From the sequence record MK774614.2: a stretch of DNA of 64,000 nt; one strand, 5' to 3'. The number at the start of each line of letters is the position of its first letter. Position 1 is the first letter of the stretch. The notes below the pieces were generated by a model. The model searched no databases. It was not told the origin of the DNA and worked only from the letters and a program-made list of their open reading frames with translations. The translations under genes and the position numbers were made by a program. Positions 29,591 to 37,297 of the stretch are shown here, piece after piece.

Positions 29591-29620
29591 GGAACTGACT
29601 GGGGAAACCTGGTCAGTTCC
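29591..29620 (+). terminator. Stem-loop with GAAA loop
   Basis: ggaactgac-tggggaaacctg-gtcagttcc. The core ctggggaaacctgg recurs in the 53591 hairpin. Confidence 0.65.
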
Positions 29621-29687
29621 TATGCTGGTATTATTTTAAATTACCAGAATGAGTAATGTATGTAAGTACTCATAAGGAAATTGAATA

Positions 29688-30068
29688 ATGAACACCTCCC
29701 AACATTTACTTAAAGAAATCCTTGCTCGCAAAACTGTTCATCCCATCACCGAGATTCATAACTATATGAATCAAAATGACGATAAAACAAAAGCGGTTTG
29801 TTTAGCTCTTTACGAGCAATTAAAAGAACTCAATCAAACCAAGGTTCAAAATAAGCTCTCTATCGTCTTCTCAGAAGACCCTAAGCATAAGTTAGGGAAA
29901 CATATCGATCTGGTGTTAGAATCGCTCTGCGTTGATCCTATCAGCGAAAAAGAGTACTTTACACTCAGTAGCGAGCTCCCTGCTTACAAAGATCGTTTAA
30001 ACCGGGTGAAGTTCGATTATGCACTACTGACACCCCTGTGTAAATTGGAATTGAATTTAGAACTATAG
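29688..30068 (+). CDS. Hypothetical protein
   Basis: 126 aa, AAGGA RBS, flanked by hairpins. Confidence 0.6.
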   Translation: MNTSQHLLKEILARKTVHPITEIHNYMNQNDDKTKAVCLALYEQLKELNQTKVQNKLSIVFSEDPKHKLGKHIDLVLESLCVDPISEKEYFTLSSELPAYKDRLNRVKFDYALLTPLCKLELNLEL

Positions 30069-30078
30069 TAACAAAAAA

Positions 30079-30108
30079 AACAATTAGGGATACAAATCCC
30101 TAATTGTT
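30079..30108. terminator. Intrinsic terminator
   Basis: 13-bp perfect stem, loop acaa, A-run before and T-rich sequence after. Confidence 0.7.
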
Positions 30109-30121
30109 TAATATTTGTCTG

Positions 30122-30159
30122 TCTATAATTTTTGAAACAGATATTATTGATGTGTAAGA
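30122..30159 (+). promoter_or_regulatory. Phage promoter-like motif, copy 2
   Basis: tctataatttttgaaacagatattattgatgtgtaaga, identical to 63614-63651. Confidence 0.8.
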
Positions 30160-30225
30160 GTGAATATAAACACTCTAATGTAAGAACTTTCAATCAGCTA
30201 TTAATCGTACTTTAGGAGAATTAAT

Positions 30226-30579
30226 ATGCGTTATAAAAATAAAGCCGTATCCAAAGCTAAGAACGTCCTGGTCACTCGTATGGGTTATATTGTTAACCTG
30301 TTGTGTGTTCGGGGTGAAAGTGTAAAGGGAATCAGTGACCGTACCGGTGCGAGTTATTTTGGTCTGCTGGCGCTTAAAAATAAGCAGCCAGAAAAGATAT
30401 CGTTTGACCACCTGCTTGTCTTAGCTGACAAGTTGGGGTTAGACTACTCGTTGACTATGAAAACCGTCAATGGAGAACATTTCGTTTCTCTGGATTTGCC
30501 AGGGTACATTGAAATGGAAAAATCCATGGGTCTTCATCGTCCTAATAAAGCAAATGGGGTGCAATTAACACATCACTAA
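30226..30579 (+). CDS. Putative XRE/Cro-like helix-turn-helix protein
   Basis: GESVKGISDRTGASYFGLLALKN (HTH-like) followed by ISFDHLLVLADKLG, the usual post-HTH helix of XRE domains. Confidence 0.55.
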   Translation: MRYKNKAVSKAKNVLVTRMGYIVNLLCVRGESVKGISDRTGASYFGLLALKNKQPEKISFDHLLVLADKLGLDYSLTMKTVNGEHFVSLDLPGYIEMEKSMGLHRPNKANGVQLTHH

Positions 30580-30594
30580 AGGTAACCCAATGCA

Positions 30595-30693
30595 ATGTTA
30601 AAAAATATTAAAGAACTAGTGGTCCTGTTATATGTCAGTGCTAATAAGATAACTCAGCGGGATAAGTTAGCTTATAAAGGAGCGAACGTATGA
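30595..30693 (+). CDS. Small hypothetical protein (32 aa), below the ORF-track cutoff
   Basis: MLKNIKELVVLLYVSANKITQRDKLAYKGANV. The stop overlaps the next start (ATGA). Confidence 0.35.
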   Translation: MLKNIKELVVLLYVSANKITQRDKLAYKGANV

Positions 30694-31031
30694 GTTACGT
30701 AGAAGACAAATACACGATATCGCAACGAGTCAAATCAGAAATAGCGTGGATTTTGTTAATTGTCTTTGTATTGTTACTTCCCGGGATCATTGCTGATGTG
30801 TTTATCATGGCAAGAGAACATCGGGATATAACTGTGCGATTGACGTTAATGGGCAAAGAGAGTGTCGTTGTTTACCCTAACTTTATGATGGAGTGTCGGG
30901 GTGAACACGGCTGGAGTGCAAACTTTGCTGATCCACAAACCGGGGTAAGAGAAACGCGTAACTATTGCGTGTACGATTTCTCTCCTCCTCTGCATATGGA
31001 GTATAAGAAAGGAGATGAATCTGCGAAATAA
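30690..31031 (+). CDS. Membrane-anchored hypothetical protein
   Basis: TM segment IAWILLIVFVLLLPGIIA, AAGGAG RBS. Confidence 0.6.
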   Translation: MSYVEDKYTISQRVKSEIAWILLIVFVLLLPGIIADVFIMAREHRDITVRLTLMGKESVVVYPNFMMECRGEHGWSANFADPQTGVRETRNYCVYDFSPPLHMEYKKGDESAK

Positions 31032-31128
31032 AAAGCGGGGTTTGCTGGCAGTAGGGATCATTGCTGTGTTCTGGATATCCGTCACGGTGATCATCAATCT
31101 CTACTTTAGCGCCCCACCTAGCCCATAG
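31015..31128 (+). CDS. Small membrane protein (37 aa)
   Basis: MNLRNKKRGLLAVGIIAVFWISVTVIINLYFSAPPSP, AAAGGAG RBS, followed by a hairpin at 31142-31159. Confidence 0.5.
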   Translation: MNLRNKKRGLLAVGIIAVFWISVTVIINLYFSAPPSP

Positions 31129-31194
31129 TTGTGTGTAATAGGGAGAGGGTTTCCTCTCCTTTATTTTTGTTTGTTCGTAAAAGGAAAATAAATC

Positions 31195-32418
31195 ATGGCT
31201 AAAGAAAAGAAAGAGAAAGCTAAAGCACTGGATAATGTCTTGGCTTCTGTTGAAGCGGACATGACAGTAGAGGTTGTTGAGAACGAAGATAATTATTGTC
31301 CTGGTGATGATACGCTGACCTCGTTTGATGTCCAGTTTCAAACCAAAGAAGGGGTTCGGGTTCATAAAGAGTATCAAAAGCCTAACGGTGAACCCAAGGT
31401 GACCATTGCTGGAAAAGAAATCCAGTTGACCAAAACAGATGACTGTCCAGATAGTCCTTATAGTTTTTATCGCCATGATATCCAAGGCGATAAAAGCCGA
31501 GGGTTTTATAAATACGAGTCACTGGAGCAATTCACTAAACTCTGTGCTGAACGCAAATACCGTTGGTGGACAGCAATTGTTAATGGAGTCAAACTGTTTG
31601 TGACAGAAGGCTCTATCCTAACTCTTGATACGATCACTGAACAGTATTACGACGAACAAGATCCTGTTCCAGCCAGTCTTTATTTGACCGCCTCTTCTTT
31701 GGTAGGTGGACACCTTTATGTTTCTAAAACAAACAAGATTGTCAACGGTGACTTTGAGTTTGAAAACTGTACAATGGAAGGATGCGATGTAAAACATTCC
31801 CGTCTTGATGGGAAGTATTTGAATATGTCAAAGTCCACTGTTATCCGCTCTGTGGTAAAAAGCGGGAACGTTACACTTATTAATGCACAGGTGTACGATA
31901 GCCATTTGGGAGTGAGTGGGTACATTAGTCTGGAAAATAAAGCGGAACTGCGTAAAGTTAACATTACCGATGGTTACGCTCGAAGTAATGCATCCAAACT
32001 GTTGATTACTGTTCCTGTCAGTGATTTTAGTATTGATGTTAAAACCGAAGACAAAGTTGTTCAGATCACCCACCGTGCTCATTACGGGTATATCCAAGGG
32101 ATTGACAGAACCCCGTTCGTTAAACTGGGATTGGATTTTACCAATTTCCTTGGTATGATGATCGCCGGAACTATTATCAGCCGGGAAGAAGCACTGACTA
32201 ATTCTCGCCCATTCCTTATGACCGATACAGATAAGATGGAGCAGCTTTGTACCCGGTTGTTTAACCAGGATCTTGCACCTTCTTACCGACGTGATGATTG
32301 GGTAGAACGTAAAGTTCCCTTCCCGTTCACTATTAAATCTCAAATCGACAATATCCGTTCTCAGATTGCATCTAAGATGGAGTTGTGGGATTTGATTGAG
32401 ACTGTTAAAGGCAGTTAA
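31195..32418 (+). CDS. Hypothetical protein with a beta-solenoid-like central region
   Basis: 407 aa, AAGGA RBS. Alternating aliphatic/small-residue segment FENCTMEGCDVKHSRLDG...SVVKSGNVTLINAQVYDSHL. Confidence 0.6.
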   Translation: MAKEKKEKAKALDNVLASVEADMTVEVVENEDNYCPGDDTLTSFDVQFQTKEGVRVHKEYQKPNGEPKVTIAGKEIQLTKTDDCPDSPYSFYRHDIQGDKSRGFYKYESLEQFTKLCAERKYRWWTAIVNGVKLFVTEGSILTLDTITEQYYDEQDPVPASLYLTASSLVGGHLYVSKTNKIVNGDFEFENCTMEGCDVKHSRLDGKYLNMSKSTVIRSVVKSGNVTLINAQVYDSHLGVSGYISLENKAELRKVNITDGYARSNASKLLITVPVSDFSIDVKTEDKVVQITHRAHYGYIQGIDRTPFVKLGLDFTNFLGMMIAGTIISREEALTNSRPFLMTDTDKMEQLCTRLFNQDLAPSYRRDDWVERKVPFPFTIKSQIDNIRSQIASKMELWDLIETVKGS

Positions 32419-32427
32419 GGTTTCACT

Positions 32428-33153
32428 ATGTCAGCTGTATGTTGCGAACAAGCAAAACTCATTAATGATCGGATTCGATCAACCTATGAGCAACTGCTGC
32501 GTAAACACGGATCACTTTATTTACACCTTTCTGGTGAAGGTAAAGTGTCTTTTAATAATGGTCACGCGTGGCTTGGATTTATCCAGACCTGTTTTGATGG
32601 TGACATGGGTTGTTTGCAACCGAGCAATCCAGAGTTTAGCACTTGCGCTAAAACCATGATGTTCAGTTATCTACGAAAGCTGATCATTGGACCTCATCTG
32701 AATATGTCTCCTTTGAGCACGTATACGCTTGATGAAGATGAGTGGGTAGACGGACTTCAAATGCTCTCGGACAGTATTGATGAGAGTTTAGAAGGGACGT
32801 GTTGGAAACAGGAAATCATGAAGGATGGAGAGCTTATTGCCACTCTGACCATCAAGGCTGTGTCTAATCCATTTATCACGGGACTCTGGGTCGCTAACCA
32901 TGACGCGGAGTACGTCACTCAGATTGAACAGATTGGAGAACATCCTAATCCCAACCCTAATGCAAGAATTGCACCTATTGATCAATGGGAGATTCCTGTG
33001 TTAGATGGAAACGGAGAAACCCATCTGCTGACCAAAGAGAACACCATCTATTTGGTTAAAGATATGAGAAGTATCGGCGGTTATCATCTTCTTAAAGACA
33101 ATCAATCCGGAAAGTATTTCGTGATTGATGAAGATGATTATTACCCGCAGTAA
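32428..33153 (+). CDS. Hypothetical protein
   Basis: 241 aa, co-directional, ends before a terminator. Confidence 0.65.
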   Translation: MSAVCCEQAKLINDRIRSTYEQLLRKHGSLYLHLSGEGKVSFNNGHAWLGFIQTCFDGDMGCLQPSNPEFSTCAKTMMFSYLRKLIIGPHLNMSPLSTYTLDEDEWVDGLQMLSDSIDESLEGTCWKQEIMKDGELIATLTIKAVSNPFITGLWVANHDAEYVTQIEQIGEHPNPNPNARIAPIDQWEIPVLDGNGETHLLTKENTIYLVKDMRSIGGYHLLKDNQSGKYFVIDEDDYYPQ

Positions 33154-33162
33154 ACTCCCTAC

Positions 33163-33200
33163 AGAGTAGGATGGGATTTCCCATCCTACTCTTTTCTATT
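33163..33200 (+). terminator. Intrinsic terminator
   Basis: 13-bp perfect stem agagtaggatggg/cccatcctactct with T tail. Confidence 0.8.
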
Positions 33201-33233
33201 TTTAAGTTCAATAAAATTTCAAGTAGATATTAT
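33201..33233 (+). promoter_or_regulatory. Phage promoter-like motif, copy 3
   Basis: tttaagttcaataaaatttcaagtagatattat, aligns without gaps to copies at 45458 and 51498. Confidence 0.75.
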
Positions 33234-33278
33234 TGAACTGTAAAGTACGTAACTCTATTTTAGCAACGAGGTAATGCA

Positions 33279-34013
33279 ATGGCTCGCAGTGTCGTCAAAA
33301 CACGTCAAAAGAAATCTCCTCAGGAACAGCGCCGTAATCGGGTTTCTGCAATTAAATACGTGGTCAATTCGGTCATTGGTAAATATTACATGATTGGGGA
33401 TCGTCACACACTCCCGTCAAGTTTCAATTTTTCTGAACTCCACATGAAACTCAAAGGAGAAGATCTTCGTATTGCCAAACAACTCATTATCGATTTCATG
33501 TTTGGAGAACAGCGAGATTGGGTGGTGATGTTTTATTTCTTCTTTGATTGTGATAACATCATTGAAGTGGTGCCGGTTGAATGTGTGATCAATGATGTCA
33601 CGATGGCGTCAGGTGCTGATTACTTAACTGAGCTAGCAGAGCAAGTTAAACTTTATCTTGGTGAATCAGAAGAGTATAAAGACCTGATGGATGGATACCT
33701 GTCCTATGGTTATTATTACACTTGGCTAAACGAAGACGGACTTAATTTTGATAAAATGGATGGTGAGATCATCCCTGGTCTAATGAAAGTCGCAAAGGAC
33801 TTTACGTGTAATGACCGACCTGTAGTTACCGTAAATGGATTTGATATTGTTGAGCAAGTTGCCAAAGAGAAATTTAGCTTAACCGCGAAAGATGTGATGG
33901 AAACTGATTTCATAGAAATCACCGAAGAACTCATCGACTCACTTAGCAAAAGGAAAACAGTATGGAAAGGGTATTTGAAGGATTGTCAGAAGTTGCCAAA
34001 CAAAGATTGTTAA
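33279..34013 (+). CDS. Hypothetical protein, basic N-terminus
   Basis: 244 aa, GAGG RBS, first gene after the promoter motif. Confidence 0.65.
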   Translation: MARSVVKTRQKKSPQEQRRNRVSAIKYVVNSVIGKYYMIGDRHTLPSSFNFSELHMKLKGEDLRIAKQLIIDFMFGEQRDWVVMFYFFFDCDNIIEVVPVECVINDVTMASGADYLTELAEQVKLYLGESEEYKDLMDGYLSYGYYYTWLNEDGLNFDKMDGEIIPGLMKVAKDFTCNDRPVVTVNGFDIVEQVAKEKFSLTAKDVMETDFIEITEELIDSLSKRKTVWKGYLKDCQKLPNKDC

Positions 34014-34294
34014 AAGGGGTAGAAGAAAGCGTAAAATCGTTTTGGGGTTCTTCTCACAAAGATTTTAAACGTTTTAATTTAGGAAACGGTTCTAGTGCGT
34101 TGATTAAATTTGAACGACTCTCTGTTGGTAGTGACTGCGTGAGTGCACAGTTTTCTAATCCTAAATGTAAGGTTGTTGAAACGGCAACCGTCTATTTCCG
34201 CATTTCGAATATTGCAAGAAAAGGGCTTTTTGCAGAAAAAGCAAAAGAACTTTCTTTGGAAGTTGCTATGCTACTGGCAGAAACTCATAAATAA
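33962..34294 (+). CDS. Hypothetical protein
   Basis: 110 aa, AAGGA RBS, overlaps the previous stop. Confidence 0.55.
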   Translation: MERVFEGLSEVAKQRLLKGVEESVKSFWGSSHKDFKRFNLGNGSSALIKFERLSVGSDCVSAQFSNPKCKVVETATVYFRISNIARKGLFAEKAKELSLEVAMLLAETHK

Positions 34295-34315
34295 CCTAAT
34301 AAAGGAAACTAAAAC

Positions 34316-34657
34316 ATGAAACCGCAATTTATTAATAAAATCGCTGATCTGATGACCAACCCTAAATCTGAGCACCGCGTTTTGCCAGACGCCGGTGAGT
34401 TTCGTTTGGGTGGGTCCACAACCGAGATCGGAAGTTTTGAACTGACCGTCACGTATGATGGAGATCACATGACGCTGACCGGATCCATTGGTCGTCAATA
34501 CATCAGCGTCACTCAACAGGATGGTAAATACGTTGCTAAATTCCAGCGCCGTCAAGGAGGACAAGTTCGCGAACCCATTGTATTGGGATTGCGTGATACC
34601 GCTGGGTTTGTGGAGTTTTTGAAAAACTGGACACAAGACGTTATTAAAGAGGGTTAA
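34316..34657 (+). CDS. Hypothetical protein
   Basis: 113 aa, AAGGA RBS. Confidence 0.62.
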   Translation: MKPQFINKIADLMTNPKSEHRVLPDAGEFRLGGSTTEIGSFELTVTYDGDHMTLTGSIGRQYISVTQQDGKYVAKFQRRQGGQVREPIVLGLRDTAGFVEFLKNWTQDVIKEG

Positions 34658-34660
34658 ACA

Positions 34661-35227
34661 ATGGCTGATTTAAATGGGATTGAAGTACGAGAAAACCCGA
34701 TCGCAAAAGCACTAATGGATGCGATGAATCCCGAACTTTATATTCGATTGGAAAATGTAGGTGAATTGCTTTTGGAAGGGATCTTTAATGGGATCGGGTT
34801 TAAACTGAAACTCAATCGTTGCATGGGATCATTTTTGTTAAATGGGTTTATTGACGAAAAGGCCCATTATCTCTCTAAGTCCAAAACAGAATCAGCAGTT
34901 GTTCATAAAGATCACGTTTTGACCGACGTTAAAGAAGTATTGGAGTGGAACGATCTCTCTAGCTTGCGGGACAGTGTAGAAAATCTCTTTATTCCAGATT
35001 CCGATGTTTCTGATGAGACTGTTATCAATGCAATGACTTGGTGTCTTAATGAACGTTGTATTACTCGAGGGTTATTTAAGCTCTTGGGGTTGCGGGAAAT
35101 TGCCGTTGCCCAAACCAGTGATAAAGACTCCATTATCTTTGTTTACAAAGAACAGGTGTTGGTAATCGATTGGGATAATTGGGATGAAGATGAACTTGAA
35201 GAGTTCATTGGCTTAACTACCAAATAA
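34661..35227 (+). CDS. Hypothetical protein
   Basis: 188 aa, tightly packed in the operon. Confidence 0.62.
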   Translation: MADLNGIEVRENPIAKALMDAMNPELYIRLENVGELLLEGIFNGIGFKLKLNRCMGSFLLNGFIDEKAHYLSKSKTESAVVHKDHVLTDVKEVLEWNDLSSLRDSVENLFIPDSDVSDETVINAMTWCLNERCITRGLFKLLGLREIAVAQTSDKDSIIFVYKEQVLVIDWDNWDEDELEEFIGLTTK

Positions 35228-35237
35228 GGAATAAGTA

Positions 35238-35663
35238 ATGTTGACCAAAGCTTTAGTTAACACGCTAGTAAACCAAATGTTGTTTATTACCCGTTATGGT
35301 GAAATTCCTTACCCGGATAAAACAACTAGTTGGTTATCGATCGCGCAGTTAGTAGAAATCGAAAAACACGTTTCTTATTATAGGGGCCCTAATGCACCAT
35401 CCCCCGGTTTGCCTGCCGAAACAGCAAACTTAAGTCTGACCATCGATAAACAAAAACATTTCTTTTGCTTAGATGGCGCAAGAGGTTTTCTGACCTGCAC
35501 TTTCACTCCCCCCGAATTGCCAGATTTACGGGCAAGGGTTATATATCCGTTACTTCCGTCAACCGACCCGGAGTTTCAAAAATCTGAACTTTGGGTAAAT
35601 AAAGTAATCGTTGAACAATTGACTTACTGGCTCACCGGGTTGGGACTTACCATTACTGATTAG
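35238..35663 (+). CDS. Hypothetical protein
   Basis: 141 aa, AAGGAATAA RBS. Confidence 0.62.
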   Translation: MLTKALVNTLVNQMLFITRYGEIPYPDKTTSWLSIAQLVEIEKHVSYYRGPNAPSPGLPAETANLSLTIDKQKHFFCLDGARGFLTCTFTPPELPDLRARVIYPLLPSTDPEFQKSELWVNKVIVEQLTYWLTGLGLTITD

Positions 35664-35666
35664 GGA

Positions 35667-36026
35667 GTGACTATGCAACTTTGTTCTGAAACACTTGGTG
35701 ATATCAAAAATGATATTATCGCGATTATTCTGAATGCCTTTTTGAATAAAGAGATGATCCGCACCAAAGTGTGTGTACAGGGTGAAGATTATCAAATTGA
35801 GATTACGATCAATGTGATAGATCACAAACATCACTGCGTTGGAGATGTTATTGCCGAATTTACAGCGGCAATTCGTTATCCAATACCGGAAACCACACAC
35901 TATGGTCCGGAAGTGATGCTTGGGTCGGATTCTTATGTTTATCGTAAAGCAAATGGGGCTGCCTGGGTATCAGAATTTTCGGATGTGTTTGCAACTAAGA
36001 TTGTTGGCAAACTGTCCAATAAATAA
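35667..36026 (+). CDS. Hypothetical protein
   Basis: 119 aa. Start at 35667 (GTG) or 35673 (ATG after GGGAG). Confidence 0.58.
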   Translation: MTMQLCSETLGDIKNDIIAIILNAFLNKEMIRTKVCVQGEDYQIEITINVIDHKHHCVGDVIAEFTAAIRYPIPETTHYGPEVMLGSDSYVYRKANGAAWVSEFSDVFATKIVGKLSNK

Positions 36027-36042
36027 TGTTAGGGGATTTTAG

Positions 36043-36468
36043 GTGAGAAAAGAGAAGTTGGTAAAAGTAATGCCATTAATTGCACTGTTTTTGCATGAAG
36101 TAAAAACCAATGGTGACGTGTTTAAACCCATTGATTTGTTAAATGGCCTGGGTATAAAAACCCAGGTTGTTCCAAGTTCAGCAGGTCCAATTATCACATT
36201 TAGCGGGTATGGGATGATCTGTTGTATTGAGCATTACTATGAAACAAACGTGACCGAAATTGAGTACTCGCACAACGTTTACGAAAAACATAAATCGCAT
36301 TGGCGGGACGCACCACTTGATGATGCGATTATCTTAAAAGAAATTAACACGTTCTTTGTGGATAAGCTGGAAATTGATGATGGGACTCGTTATAAACGTA
36401 GCTTGCTTTGGACAGCAAGCGCATTGTTCTTCACCACACTGGGATTATATTTATGGAAAACACTGTAA
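36043..36468 (+). CDS. Hypothetical protein with C-terminal membrane anchor
   Basis: C-terminal SLLWTASALFFTTLGLYLW. Confidence 0.58.
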   Translation: MRKEKLVKVMPLIALFLHEVKTNGDVFKPIDLLNGLGIKTQVVPSSAGPIITFSGYGMICCIEHYYETNVTEIEYSHNVYEKHKSHWRDAPLDDAIILKEINTFFVDKLEIDDGTRYKRSLLWTASALFFTTLGLYLWKTL

Positions 36469-36791
36469 CGGATACTGTTGTGTTTAAGCCGTTTCATATT
36501 ACCGAGGAAGAACGGGCAGGAACGGATCTGCAAGATTGGACTAATCGGCTTCTCCCTTCCATTACTGCGGTGATGCGGTTTGCTGAAAAAGAACAGATTG
36601 AAGGTCACAGTAAATTTGACAAATATCTGGAAAACGATTTTGTCTTACTGGAAAATTTGGCCTGTCGATACGGTGTTTTGAAACAAGATGCGGTAAAACA
36701 CATCAAGGCACTGGACTCGTTGATCCCGGAAAGTCCTGGTAAAAAGACCATTTTGTTTTATTTGGTCGATCTTTGGTTCATTGTTAAATAG
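36453..36791 (+). CDS. Hypothetical protein
   Basis: Probable ATG at 36453 (track start 36408), overlapping the previous stop. Confidence 0.55.
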   Translation: MENTVTDTVVFKPFHITEEERAGTDLQDWTNRLLPSITAVMRFAEKEQIEGHSKFDKYLENDFVLLENLACRYGVLKQDAVKHIKALDSLIPESPGKKTILFYLVDLWFIVK

Positions 36792-36803
36792 CGAGTATTC
36801 GGA

Positions 36804-37157
36804 ATGAAGAAAAAGATTGGGATGATGATAGGGAGTTTTCTGATACTGGTTATCATTGCTTTATCATCGCCTCGGGTGGGTGCTGGCGATAACAAATACA
36901 GCTATGCTAATTACCAACAGGGTTACCAGAAAGCAACCGTAATGTATGTAGAGAACTGTTCTCAAGATGGTCCATTAACACTCTGCATGGCAATTATTAA
37001 GAAGGGTGAGGTAGAAGTTCCTACAGCAGTAACTGGGAGTGTAAGTATCGGAGACAGTGTTTACAAGGAATGCCGAAAGAAGTTGGGCACGAACATTTGT
37101 TCTGATGAATGGAAACCTTGGATTGGTGAAGCTTATTTACTAGGCGGCGAAATTTAA
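36804..37157 (+). CDS. Exported or membrane-anchored Cys-containing protein
   Basis: MKKKIGMMIGSFLILVIIALSS signal/anchor, four Cys in the remainder. Confidence 0.6.
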   Translation: MKKKIGMMIGSFLILVIIALSSPRVGAGDNKYSYANYQQGYQKATVMYVENCSQDGPLTLCMAIIKKGEVEVPTAVTGSVSIGDSVYKECRKKLGTNICSDEWKPWIGEAYLLGGEI

Positions 37158-37165
37158 ATTGTTTA

Positions 37166-37205
37166 ACTCTCTTACTCCCACATCGGGAGTAAGAGAGTCT
37201 TTTAT
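37166..37205 (+). terminator. Intrinsic terminator
   Basis: 14-bp perfect stem actctcttactccc/gggagtaagagagt, then a T-run. Confidence 0.8.
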
Positions 37206-37297
37206 ATGTTTATTTATTTTTAACTATAACGCGGATTAATGGTTCTGGATCCTATGCAAAAGTTGACAACAACGACTTTATTAATGAGGGACAGACT

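Noticed and set aside
35712-35719. Extra GATATTAT core inside CDS 35667-36026
   Set aside because: It lacks the upstream TTTAAGTT or TCTATAAT element and lies in coding sequence, so it is probably chance.
37245-37262. TATG-type late promoter upstream of structural genes
   Set aside because: TATG occurs here and at a few other sites, but a 4-mer is too frequent in AT-rich DNA to call without transcript data.
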